Below are positions 20,446-31,308 of a stretch of DNA of 64,000 bases, piece by piece. A program made the position numbers and the translations under genes. Position 1 is the stretch's first letter; every line of letters starts with the position of its first letter. The notes beneath the pieces were generated by a model. That model was given only the letters and a program-made list of their open reading frames with translations. It searched no databases and was not told where the DNA came from. The stretch covers positions 12,156-76,155 of the forward strand of contig DAHXOO010000002.1 in the NCBI GenBank assembly GCA_027364845.1. Reading direction: 5' to 3'. This stretch comes from Pseudomonadota bacterium. GTDB lineage: Bacteria > Pseudomonadota > Gammaproteobacteria > Acidiferrobacterales > UBA6901.

Positions 20446-21703
20446 TCAACGTATCGAGCAGCGCCAAGGTGCGCTGCAACGCACCGCGATTCTCCTCAAC
20501 CATCTTGTGCCCGGATTCTCCGGCATTGAACCGCAGGTCCGCATTCGCCAGGTATGCGGCGACAGCCGCACCCATCTCGCCGCTGTCGCGCACCCGCCTG
20601 CCGGCACCACGTTCGGCCGCCAGGCGCGCGATTTCCGCAAAGTTGAACATATGCGGGCCGAATACGACAGCAACGCCGGCCGCCGCCGGCTCGAGCAGGT
20701 TGTGTCCGCCGGCAGGCACCAGACTGCCGCCAACAAACGCCACATCCGCGGCAGCGTACAACAGCGGCAGCTCTCCCATCGTGTCACCGACCAGAATATC
20801 GACGTCGGATGAAAGGGCTGCATCGCGTTCACTGCGCAGCGCAATGACCAACCCCGTGCGTCGGCACAGACGGGTCACTTGCGCGAAGCGCTCCGGATGC
20901 CGCGGCACAAGCACCAGCAGCAGCTCGGGAAATTGCTCCCGCAACCATTGAAACTGTTCAAGCACAAGCTCATCCTCACCTTCGCGTGTGCTTGCTGCAA
21001 TCCACACTGGACGCTGCGCGCCCCACTGACGACGCAGCGCCTGTGCTTGTTCACGCAGGCTTGCCGGCGGATTGATCTCGAACTTCATGCTGCCCGTGAC
21101 CCTGACCCGCTGCGGGTCGGCACCGAGCGTACGCAAGCGCGTGGCATCGGCCTCGGACTGAGCCGCGAATAATCTTACCTGAGACAGCGTCGCACGCGTG
21201 AACGCGGAAAAACGCAGGTAGCGGCACATCGATTTCTCCGACATACGGACATTGGCGACAACAACTGGCACCGCGCGCGCCGCGCATCCGTGAAACAAAT
21301 TCGGCCACAGTTCCGTTTCCATGATCACCGCAAGTTGCGGCCGCGCGCGATCAAGGAAGCGGGCCACCGAGGATGGCAAATCATAGGGAAGATAGCAGTG
21401 CACAACGCGGCTACCAAACAGCTCGCTCACCTGCGTGGATCCAGTGGGCGTCATGGTGGTGACCAGTATTCGCTGACCGGGGCAACGCTGTTCCAGTGCT
21501 GCCACAAGAGGAACTGCCGCGCGCACTTCGCCCACGGACACTGCATGCACCCACAGCGTTCCTTCCGGAAGGTGGGCGACAAACCCGAAGCGCTCGTTCC
21601 ATCGGTGCCAGTAGCCGCGATTGCGCAAGCCGCGCAGCAACAGACGCACCAGCACTGCCGGTACCAAAAGGTAGAGCAACAGCGAGTAAAGTCTTCTTGT
21701 CAC
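20435..21703 (-). CDS. waaA: 3-deoxy-D-manno-octulosonic acid (Kdo) transferase
   Basis: 422 aa. N-terminal anchor plus WVHAVSVGE and the C-terminal GGSL...GGHN.LEPA motifs of WaaA/KdtA. Confidence 0.9.
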   Translation of the reverse strand: MTRRLYSLLLYLLVPAVLVRLLLRGLRNRGYWHRWNERFGFVAHLPEGTLWVHAVSVGEVRAAVPLVAALEQRCPGQRILVTTMTPTGSTQVSELFGSRVVHCYLPYDLPSSVARFLDRARPQLAVIMETELWPNLFHGCAARAVPVVVANVRMSEKSMCRYLRFSAFTRATLSQVRLFAAQSEADATRLRTLGADPQRVRVTGSMKFEINPPASLREQAQALRRQWGAQRPVWIAASTREGEDELVLEQFQWLREQFPELLLVLVPRHPERFAQVTRLCRRTGLVIALRSERDAALSSDVDILVGDTMGELPLLYAAADVAFVGGSLVPAGGHNLLEPAAAGVAVVFGPHMFNFAEIARLAAERGAGRRVRDSGEMGAAVAAYLANADLRFNAGESGHKMVEENRGALQRTLALLDTLITI

Positions 21704-22348
21704 GTTGGCTCTGGGAAGGCGAGATTTGGCGGTTATTTTACACGTTATCGGTGCGCTGTGCGGCCAGTCGCTCGTGCCCTCGACCCGCTTTCGCGCGGTC
21801 TTTGTGCTTCAACCTGAAGCAGACTCACTCGGCGCCGGACACGCCGCCAACGATATATTGCTATGTCACCTTGGTCGCTTTCAACCGCGCAGAAACTCTG
21901 CGCGCTGATCTTGGACCCGCCTTCGCCAGTTGCTTCGGAGCGGGTCAGAGCATCGGCAGCATTGCGTGGGCGCACTGCCGGCGTTGTGCCCAAGTCGGTA
22001 ACGCACGCTTCTGTGGCACGCAGCGCACATGATCAGACGGAAGCAGTCGGACCGCAGCAGCCGTGACAGGTTGGTTTGACACTGCGGAGTACTGCTGCCG
22101 AAAAATCGGCCTCTCTGTAAGCGGCTGCAGCACTCGATATTTGCGGACGAAGAAATCCGTCCAGACCTGTGTTTCCTCTTATCTGAAGATCTTCCAGCAG
22201 GCTCGGCCGCCGTACTTGGGCCGAAGATCCGAGCGGGGACGCCCAGCACAGCTCGCGATGCACATTCGAGGCAGCGTGAAGGCGATTCAAGTCCACTCCG
22301 GATGAAGGATCCAATGATCAGCATGAGGAAGCACCGCCTGCCTGCTGA

Positions 22349-22582
22349 TCATTCGTCCACCTTCAGCACGTACACCGCGCCGCAATAAGGGCAACGCGCC
22401 TCGCGACTCTCCTCGAGGGGGAGGTACACTCGCGGGTGCGAATTCCACAGGCTCATGCCATCCATTGGGCAGTGCAGCGGCAGATCCGCCGGCGTCACTT
22501 CATACCGGTTCTGGGCATTTGCCTGGATCTCCCTCGTCCCTAGCTTCTGCCGGGGGGCGCCTGTGCCGTGCATTTCCGCCAT
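22349..22582 (-). CDS. Small zinc-finger (CHCC-type) protein
   Basis: LHCPMDG...WNSHPRVYL...ARCPYCGAVYVL. The start is taken at the internal ATG after the ilvE stop. Confidence 0.7.
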   Translation of the reverse strand: MAEMHGTGAPRQKLGTREIQANAQNRYEVTPADLPLHCPMDGMSLWNSHPRVYLPLEESREARCPYCGAVYVLKVDE

Positions 22583-22593
22583 CACTGTGCCCC

Positions 22594-23520
22594 TTAATCG
22601 TTTAGCGCTGTGAGCCACTCGGGAAACACCGCGCGCCGCCCGTACACCTGATCAAAATACAGTGCCTGCAGACGTTCAGTAACCGGACCACGGCTGCCGG
22701 TACCTATCTTGCGCCCGTCCAGTTCGCGGATCGGCGTCACCTCGGCGGCAGTGCCGGTAAAGAACGCCTCGTCGGCAATATACACTTCGTCACGCGTGAT
22801 GCGTTTCTCCCGTACTGGGACGCGGATTTCTGCTGCGAGCTTGAAGATCGTATCGCGCGTGATGCCATCCAACGCAGAGGTCAGTTCGGGAGTGAAAAGC
22901 GTGCCGTCGCGCACGATGAATATGTTTTCGCCGCTGCCCTCCGACACATAGCCTTCAGTGTCGAGCAGCAACGCTTCATCGGCGCCGGAGGATATGGCCT
23001 CGCGCAACGCAAGCATGGAATTCATGTAGTTGCCGTTGGCCTTGGCGCGGCACATGGCGATGTTCACATGATGCCGGTTATACGAGGACGTGCGGACCCG
23101 GATGCCCTTCTTCTGGCCTTCATCACCGAGATATGCGCCCCAAGTCCAGGCAGCTACGATGACATGCACCTTGAGATTGTCGGCACGCAGGCCCATACCT
23201 TCGGACCCATAAAAGCACATCGGACGTATATATGCCGACTCAAGCCGGTTCTCACGCACTGCGGCACGCACCGCGGAATCCAATGTTAGCTTGTCGTAGG
23301 GCATGGACATGTCGAGAATGTGCGCCGATCGGAACAGGCGATCGATGTGGGCATCCAGGCGAAAAATCGCGGTTCCGCGCGCGGTCTTATAGGCGCGTAT
23401 CCCCTCGAATATGCCCATTCCATAGTGCAGGGTATGGGTCAGGACGTGGGTGGTCGCCTCGCGCCATGGAACAAGCTTGCCGTCATACCAGATGACGCCG
23501 TCACGGTCAGCCATAGACAT
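22594..23520 (-). CDS. ilvE: Branched-chain amino acid aminotransferase
   Basis: Full-length class IV aminotransferase, 308 aa, with the N-terminus MSMADRDGVIWYDGKLVPW typical of IlvE. Confidence 0.95.
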   Translation of the reverse strand: MSMADRDGVIWYDGKLVPWREATTHVLTHTLHYGMGIFEGIRAYKTARGTAIFRLDAHIDRLFRSAHILDMSMPYDKLTLDSAVRAAVRENRLESAYIRPMCFYGSEGMGLRADNLKVHVIVAAWTWGAYLGDEGQKKGIRVRTSSYNRHHVNIAMCRAKANGNYMNSMLALREAISSGADEALLLDTEGYVSEGSGENIFIVRDGTLFTPELTSALDGITRDTIFKLAAEIRVPVREKRITRDEVYIADEAFFTGTAAEVTPIRELDGRKIGTGSRGPVTERLQALYFDQVYGRRAVFPEWLTALND

Positions 23521-23561
23521 CTGCTTCTTTCTCCTTCGATCAAAATTTAGGCCGGGTACGC

Positions 23562-26483
23562 TCAGTTTGTGGCTGGATCAGATTCCATCGTGGCATGCCA
23601 TATCCGTACGACCTGTTCCGGAAATTCTCCGAGTTCCCCGGCAACAACTCGGGCCTGGCGATCCAGCAGTTTCAGGCGGTGCTCGACAGACAGGTAGCGG
23701 CGATAGGCTCCTGTCAGAACCGCTGCGTCGCCGGCGTTCAACAAACCGGCACCGGCCAAGGCTTCCAGCAAGTGAATGTTATCCCGCCAATTGATGAACT
23801 CAGGAAATTCATGCGCCCGCCACAGGACCCAGTATTGCACCATAAATTCTACGTCAATCATACCTCCCGGGTCCTGCCTGATGTCGAACAGATGTTCCGC
23901 GTGCGCCAGCATGGCTGAGCGCATGCGGGCACGCATTTCGACAATGTCCCGGCGCAGACGATCCGGATCACGCTGCAGGCAAAGAACTTCTTTGCGCACA
24001 ACCTCGAAAGCCTGGCTGAGCTCCACGCTGCCGGCAACCGCGCGTGCCCGCACCAGCGCCTGGTGCTCCCAGGTCCACGCCTTGCCAAGCTGGTAGCTGC
24101 GAAACGCATCCAGGTTGGCGACCAACAGACCGCTGCCGCCGCTCGGTCGTAGCCGCATGTCTATCTGATACAGAATTCCGGCGGGGGTACGGGTGGCAAT
24201 CATATGAATCAGCCGCTGTCCGAGTCGCGTGAAAAACACTTCATTGGCCACCGCCCGGACCCCGTCGGTCATGGCCTCGCCTTGGCAGTTGTCGTGCAGA
24301 AAGATCATGTCCAGATCGGAACCGTAGCCGAGTTCGCGGCTACCGAGCTTGCCATAGGCGATGACGGCGAATCCCGGACTGCTGGTCGTTCCCGAGGTTC
24401 GACACGTTGGGCGGCCATGTCGGGCAACCAAGCTGGCTTCAGCCACGGCAAGGGTCTGCTCAAGCACGCACTCGGCAATGTCTGCAAGCTGGGCGCTCAC
24501 TTCCTTGTCTTCCAGCCCCGGACCCACGTCCGCCGCCGCAACGCGCAGCACATATCCATGGTGGAATTCGCGCAGCACATCCATTTGTCCTTCAAGGTCA
24601 TCTGCCGCGCGCGCTCCCAAACGCACCTGGAGTTCCATGCGCATCGCCACGCGCGACTGCGGAGCGTAAAGGCTGACGGGATCAATGAGCTCATCGAGCA
24701 GGATCGGGTGCTGGCTGATCCAGTCCGCAATCCATGCGCTCGCAGCACACAGCTTCACCAGCTGCGACAGTGCCATGGGGTTTTCGACCAACAGCGAAAG
24801 ATAGACCGAGCGACGTGCGATGGCCTCGATCAGCGTTACCAGCCGGGTCAAGGTCACCTGAGGATCAACACTCAAGCTGGCTGCCCCCAGCAGTAACGGC
24901 ATCAGGCGGTCGAGACGTTCGCGTCCCTCACTCGACAGTTCATGATATTGCCGGCTCCGGAGAAAACCGCGCAAGACCTCCAGGACAGATGGGGCGTCGC
25001 GGAAGCCAGCTTGCGTCAACCGCTGCACCGCAGTCTCGTTGTCCAGAGTTGCGAGCCACACACCGGACAACCCGTGATCCTCCTCAGTATGCAAGCTCTG
25101 GGGCGCGGTAAATACCTGTTCGAAGTACCCATGCGCCTTGTGCATATGACGGTTCAATTCAGCATAGAAACCCACCCAACCGGCGAACCCCATGGCTACC
25201 GCCAGCCGTAGCTGTTCCTCGGCTTCCTTGGGCAGAACGTGGGTTTGCCGGTCTTCGAACATCTGCAGACGGTTTTCCGTGCGCCGCAGAAACACGTAGG
25301 CAGCATCGAGATCGGCTACCGCCTGATGCGTCAGATCTCCGCGCCGGCCCAGGGATGCGAGTACTCGCTGGATGGCGCGCTCGCGCAGCGCCGCCTCGCG
25401 ACCACCGCGAATCAGCTGAAACGTCTGGCCGATGAATTCGATTTCGCGTATCCCCCCGGGACCGAGCTTGATGTTTTGTTCGATCCCCTTGCGCTGCAGC
25501 TCGCGTTCGATAAGGTTTTTGAGCGAGCGGATTGCGTCGAAAGCACCATAGTCCAGGTAGCGCCGATAAATGAATGGCCGCAATCGCTCAAGCAACGCAG
25601 CGCCAGCAGTGCGGTCGCCAGCGACCTGGCGTGCCTTGATCAGGGCATAGCGTTCCCACTCGCGGCCGTGTATCTGATAGTACTGTTCCATCGCGTCGAA
25701 CGACTGTGCTAGCGGTCCGCTGGCTCCGTGCGGGCGCAATCGCATGTCCACGCGGAACACGAATCCATCGGCGGTGTGGTCGTTCATGGTGTCGATCAGG
25801 CTGCGTCCCAGGCGAGCAAAGAATTCATGGTTGCTCAGCGGCCGCTGGCCCGACACCTCGCCCTCTCCGGTGTAGGCGAATATGAGGTCAATATCCGAGG
25901 AAAAATTGAGCTCTTCACCGCCGAGCTTGCCCATGCCCAGCACCACCAAGGAAGCCTCCGTACCGTCCGCGGTCATGGGCCGGCCAGTGCGCGCGACCGA
26001 CCACGCAAACAGGATTGTCAGCGCACCTTCAAGGCAGGCCTCGGCAAAGCCGGAAAGCTCTGCCATCACTTCGCCAAGCGTGGCCCAGCCGGCAAGATCG
26101 CGCCAGGCAATGCGCAGCATTTCGCGACGGCGCGCGCGCCGCAACGACGCCTTGAGCCCGGCTTCATCAGTTGCTGCAGCGATCGCCTTACCCACGTGAT
26201 CAGCCAGCTCATGGTCACCATAGGCACGAAACAGGTCACCGCTGGCAGCGATCTCGACGAGCAGGGAGGGGTAGGCAATACAGGTACGCGCCACGAACTC
26301 GCTTGCTGCCCAGACGCGGGGCAGCAAGCCCAAATAGTCCTGCATTTCAGCGGCCGGTGCCTCGGTCAATGGCTGCGCATGGACACGATAGTCTTCCCAA
26401 TATGCACAAACCCGCGATTGCAGGGGCTGCGGAAGCTTGGAGAGCGCGGCGTCAACAGTACCGTATCGAAGATCGACCATCAC
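23562..26483 (-). CDS. glnE: Bifunctional glutamine synthetase adenylyltransferase / adenylyl-removing enzyme
   Basis: 973 aa with two nucleotidyltransferase modules (GKLGGEELNFSSDIDLIF and GKLGSRELGYGSDLDMIF). Confidence 0.95.
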   Translation of the reverse strand: MMVDLRYGTVDAALSKLPQPLQSRVCAYWEDYRVHAQPLTEAPAAEMQDYLGLLPRVWAASEFVARTCIAYPSLLVEIAASGDLFRAYGDHELADHVGKAIAAATDEAGLKASLRRARRREMLRIAWRDLAGWATLGEVMAELSGFAEACLEGALTILFAWSVARTGRPMTADGTEASLVVLGMGKLGGEELNFSSDIDLIFAYTGEGEVSGQRPLSNHEFFARLGRSLIDTMNDHTADGFVFRVDMRLRPHGASGPLAQSFDAMEQYYQIHGREWERYALIKARQVAGDRTAGAALLERLRPFIYRRYLDYGAFDAIRSLKNLIERELQRKGIEQNIKLGPGGIREIEFIGQTFQLIRGGREAALRERAIQRVLASLGRRGDLTHQAVADLDAAYVFLRRTENRLQMFEDRQTHVLPKEAEEQLRLAVAMGFAGWVGFYAELNRHMHKAHGYFEQVFTAPQSLHTEEDHGLSGVWLATLDNETAVQRLTQAGFRDAPSVLEVLRGFLRSRQYHELSSEGRERLDRLMPLLLGAASLSVDPQVTLTRLVTLIEAIARRSVYLSLLVENPMALSQLVKLCAASAWIADWISQHPILLDELIDPVSLYAPQSRVAMRMELQVRLGARAADDLEGQMDVLREFHHGYVLRVAAADVGPGLEDKEVSAQLADIAECVLEQTLAVAEASLVARHGRPTCRTSGTTSSPGFAVIAYGKLGSRELGYGSDLDMIFLHDNCQGEAMTDGVRAVANEVFFTRLGQRLIHMIATRTPAGILYQIDMRLRPSGGSGLLVANLDAFRSYQLGKAWTWEHQALVRARAVAGSVELSQAFEVVRKEVLCLQRDPDRLRRDIVEMRARMRSAMLAHAEHLFDIRQDPGGMIDVEFMVQYWVLWRAHEFPEFINWRDNIHLLEALAGAGLLNAGDAAVLTGAYRRYLSVEHRLKLLDRQARVVAGELGEFPEQVVRIWHATMESDPATN

Positions 26484-26581
26484 TGACCCGTACTTATATA
26501 CTGCAACATCAGCTTCTGCCGGCAGACGGCAAATCCGAGCATGCTGCCTTGGGCATTAGTCACGAATACAGGAGATGAGCG

Positions 26582-27223
26582 ATGAAGCGCTTCGTAAGTG
26601 AGGCCATTGAAAGCTATTGTAGGCAACATTCCGCCGCACCGTCCGCGCTGCTCCGGGAGCTGGAAGCATACACGATCGCCCACTGCGCTCAATCGCAGAT
26701 GCTTACGGGCTCCCTGGAAGGGGCTCTGTTGCGCCTGCTGGTGCAGATGACTGGTGCACGCCGCATCCTGGAGCTGGGCTTGTTTACCGGCTACTCCGCC
26801 CTAACCATGGCCGAGGCTCTACCCGAAGACGGCACAATACTGTCCTGCGATATTAATCCCGAGACCACGGCGATCGCGCAGTCGTTTTTCGATCGTAGTG
26901 CGCACGGCGGAAAGATCGAGGTACGCCTGGGGCCAGCGCTCGACACACTTGCGGCATTACCAGCGGGGCAGGAGTTCGATCTGGTTTTCATTGACGCCGA
27001 CAAGGAAAACTACGCCAGCTACTACGACGCGGCGCTGCCACGGCTACGGCGTGGCGGTCTGGTGGTTGCCGACAATGTACTGTGGTCAGGCGCGGTTCTG
27101 AAGCCGCAGCAACGCAGCGACCACGCCATGGTTGCCTTCAATGATCACGTGCAGCACGATCCACGCGTGGAGAACGTCATGTTAACGGTGCGTGACGGTA
27201 TGACCTTGGCGCGGAAACGATGA
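26582..27223 (+). CDS. Class I SAM-dependent O-methyltransferase (caffeoyl-CoA OMT-like)
   Basis: ILELGLFTGYSAL SAM motif and FDLVFIDADKENY, typical of the Methyltransf_3 family. Confidence 0.85.
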   Translation: MKRFVSEAIESYCRQHSAAPSALLRELEAYTIAHCAQSQMLTGSLEGALLRLLVQMTGARRILELGLFTGYSALTMAEALPEDGTILSCDINPETTAIAQSFFDRSAHGGKIEVRLGPALDTLAALPAGQEFDLVFIDADKENYASYYDAALPRLRRGGLVVADNVLWSGAVLKPQQRSDHAMVAFNDHVQHDPRVENVMLTVRDGMTLARKR

Positions 27224-27377
27224 TGGGTCAGACCGGGATTTCCGACGCGATGACTGAAGCACCAGGCTGAGCGCTTTCCGGCTAGTTTGATCCGTGGTGG
27301 AACAGCAGTCACGCTACATGTCCGGCACACTCACCTGGACGAAATAATCCGCGCTGGCGCCTTGAGTACCGGGACAA

Positions 27378-27408
27378 ATAAAAAAAGGCCCCGCAACAGC
27401 GGGGCCTT
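27378..27408 (-). terminator. Rho-independent terminator of groESL
   Basis: The minus strand has AGGCCCCGC-TGTT-GCGGGGCCT followed by a T7 run, 26 bp after the groEL stop. Confidence 0.85.
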
Positions 27409-27433
27409 TCGGGTACTGCGAGCAACGTGGCGC

Positions 27434-29089
<1,656 letters not shown>

Positions 29090-29125
29090 TCACTGAGTTC
29101 GTAATATGTCCAGACGGGATGAGAG

Positions 29126-29419
29126 TTACTTGCCCTCGACCACACCCATGATGTCTTCTTCACGCATCACGAGCAGTTCTTCGTCGCCGACCTTCACTTC
29201 GGTACCCGAATATTTACCAAAAAGCACCCTGTCGCCGACCTTCACGTCGAGCGGACGTACCTGGCCGTTCTCCAGAATCTTGCCTTTGCCAGCGGCAAGG
29301 ACTTCGCCCTGAATGGGCTTTTCCTTGGCGGTATCGGGAATAACGATGCCGCCCGCAGATTTGCGCTCTTCTTCCAGACGGCGCACGATAACACGGTCAT
29401 GAAGTGGACGAATTTTCAC
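29126..29419 (-). CDS. groS: Co-chaperonin GroES
   Basis: GTG start gives (M)[13 protein letters not shown], preceded by AGGAGA at 7 nt. The track start at 29458 would add 13 atypical residues. Confidence 0.95.
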   Translation of the reverse strand: MKIRPLHDRVIVRRLEEERKSAGGIVIPDTAKEKPIQGEVLAAGKGKILENGQVRPLDVKVGDRVLFGKYSGTEVKVGDEELLVMREEDIMGVVEGK

Positions 29420-29517
29420 GGATGCTTCTCCTGATTTCTTGGCAGATTGTGCAGTCATTGCTTTTCCTCCTGATTTTTCAATGACAGATCTAACCTTGGA
29501 GGCGATACGCTATAGTA

Positions 29518-29544
29518 TTAGCACTCGCCTTAGGTGAGTGCTAA
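29518..29544 (-). promoter_or_regulatory. CIRCE operator (HrcA binding site)
   Basis: TTAGCACTC-GCCTTAGGT-GAGTGCTAA is a perfect match to the CIRCE consensus TTAGCACTC-N9-GAGTGCTAA. It lies about 100 nt upstream of the groES start. Confidence 0.88.
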
Positions 29545-29571
29545 TGATAGGGATTATCGCTTTATTGTCAA
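29544..29571 (-). promoter_or_regulatory. Putative sigma70-type groESL promoter abutting CIRCE
   Basis: The minus strand reads TTGACA, a 16-nt spacer, then TATCAT. The -10 hexamer overlaps the first base of CIRCE. Confidence 0.45.
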
Positions 29572-29715
29572 GACCTGAGTCGGTGTCCCTGCTATTAATC
29601 TCTGCACCCCTAGCTTTGGCGAGGGCAGGCCAGCCTTGTGGATGGCGTGTATGCACGATAAATAGCATCATTTGATGTATTATATGATGCATAATATATG
29701 AAACGAGGTATTGCC

Positions 29716-29913
29716 ATGCGCACGACTCTGAACATCGACGACCAACTACTGGCTGAGGCCCAGCGCATTACGGGAATGGCCGAGAAGACTGCCTTGGTGC
29801 GGGAAGGCCTGAAGGCCTTGATCGAGCGTGAGAGTGCCCGCCGGCTGGCGCGCCTGGGCGGGAGCGAACCTAAGATCCAACCCATCCCCCGCCGGCGAAC
29901 CGATCCTGCATGA
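29716..29913 (+). CDS. vapB: Type II antitoxin, VapB family
   Basis: MRTTLNIDDQLLAEAQRITG...TALVREGLKALIERE. GAGG RBS. ATGA overlap with the downstream PIN gene. Confidence 0.8.
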   Translation: MRTTLNIDDQLLAEAQRITGMAEKTALVREGLKALIERESARRLARLGGSEPKIQPIPRRRTDPA

Positions 29914-30275
29914 TCCTGATCGATACCTCGGTCTGGATCGATCATTTGCGCGCCGATGACAAGGGGCTTGCCAGTCTCCTCGACCGCGCGCAAGCGCTGA
30001 CCCATCCTTTTGTGGCGGGAGAGTTGGCGTGCGGCAATTTGCGTAATCGGGCGGAGGTGTTGAGGCTGCTTCAGGACCTGCCGCAGAGCCCGGTCGCGCG
30101 TGATGCTGAGGTGCTTTTTTTCATCGAGCAGCACCGGCTGATGGGTCGCGGCATCGGTTACGTCGACGCGCACCTTCTGGCCGCCACCGCTTTGGCCGAC
30201 CCGGCCCGATTGTGGACCCGCGACCAGAGACTGACCGCTGTCGCCCGGGATCTGAAATTGGCCTACTCTGGTTGA
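29910..30275 (+). CDS. vapC: Type II toxin, PIN-domain ribonuclease VapC
   Basis: MILIDTSVWIDHLR carries the first acidic PIN residue. Downstream acidic residues (GELACG..., YVDAHLLA) are present. Length 121 aa. Confidence 0.88.
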   Translation: MILIDTSVWIDHLRADDKGLASLLDRAQALTHPFVAGELACGNLRNRAEVLRLLQDLPQSPVARDAEVLFFIEQHRLMGRGIGYVDAHLLAATALADPARLWTRDQRLTAVARDLKLAYSG

Positions 30276-30840
30276 GGATCGCCAACCGATAATGACCGTG
30301 GCCACTTACACCATTACACCAAAAAGATGCGTTGGTCCGCCAGCGATGGGCAATGCAAAATGCAAGGCATTGATGATCTCGGCCTTTTGCCCGGCGCCAC
30401 CTCAGCATGCGCTGCGTCAAGACCTAATTCGCTAGCTAGAACCTCGGTCTTGGCATGTTTGTCCCCAGGCATCATGGCCCATGACAAGCCGGTACTTCTC
30501 TACCCTGCACCGGTCCAGCTCGCGAAATAGGGGGCCGATAGTTTGCCTATTCGCATGCCGTGGATTAGTGTCCGACGTGCTCACCACTGACCATGCGCGG
30601 AATATCCAGGCCACGCTTACCGTCATTTTGAGGGCAATGGCTTTGGATCCCAAGATGGGCGGAACTGGAACAGCGGCGGAGTCGCTTCGCAAAATTTAGA
30701 TGGATTTAAAATCACCCTGCGGCCACACAGAATGCGCAATAGCCGGAGCATTTGCACGCAATCTCGGCTTTTTCGAAGCGTTCATGCAGATCTGGAATAG
30801 CGGGCCAACTGTGACACAGATTTTAAACACCGGGAGTTAC

Positions 30841-30876
30841 TCAAAAAAAGGTGACATGACGTAGTGTTATGTCACC
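30841..30876 (-). terminator. Orphan rho-independent terminator (no annotated gene upstream on this strand)
   Basis: The minus strand has GGTGACAT-N11-ATGTCACC followed by a T7 run. Upstream on that strand there are only about 100 nt before the divergent cutA start. Confidence 0.45.
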
Positions 30877-30978
30877 CTAACCACATGAATTAACACAAGC
30901 AGAAATCTGAAAGCTGTTAATGCAATCCATCCACCAGACATTTTCTGTGATTGCTCGATACCTATGTGAGTTCCCGCT

Positions 30979-31308
30979 ATGAGCAAACCCCTTTACCAGC
31001 TGATTCTGACGACCCTGCCCGATGCGCAGTCCGCGCAGCGACTGGGTGAGGCACTGGTGCGCGAAGGCCTTTCCGCCTGCGTCAACATTTTGCCGCCGAT
31101 GCAATCGATATATACTTGGCGCGGCAAGGTCGAGACCGCCACCGAGTACCTCGTTCTCGTCAAATCTCTGGCTTCGCGCTACAGGGCGATCCAGGAACGG
31201 ATTCAGGCATTGCATCCTTACGAACTTCCCGAGATTATCGCGGTCCCAATCGCGGACGGCTTAGCTGCCTACCTGGCATGGCTGCACAACCCGGACATTG
31301 CTCCATGA
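30979..31308 (+). CDS. cutA: Divalent-cation tolerance protein CutA
   Basis: 109 aa; ACVNILP...SIYTWRGKVE...E..L.VK...YELPEI motifs of the CutA1 family. Confidence 0.9.
   Translation: MSKPLYQLILTTLPDAQSAQRLGEALVREGLSACVNILPPMQSIYTWRGKVETATEYLVLVKSLASRYRAIQERIQALHPYELPEIIAVPIADGLAAYLAWLHNPDIAP

Noticed and set aside
21881-22324. 147-aa minus-strand ORF filling the zf-waaA spacer.
   Set aside because: It has Cys/Arg/Ser-rich composition, no SD and no motifs. Overlapping ORFs in other frames are equally poor.
30877-31215. 112-aa minus-strand ORF ending exactly at the orphan terminator.
   Set aside because: Two thirds of it is antisense to the well-supported cutA gene, and the sequence is Arg/Gly/Gln-rich without motifs. 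An RNA-level explanation is more parsimonious.
31116-31304. N-terminal extensions proposed by the ORF track for dsbD. The same issue affects gmhB (1708), the P-loop NTPase (5561), tsaC (43750), the DUF3426 protein (37513), the GNAT (41496), rho (52081), groES (29458) and thiC (18422).
   Set aside because: The extensions overlap the preceding gene or a riboswitch and are compositionally aberrant. Internal starts give the conserved family N-termini, often with an SD or an ATGA coupling.
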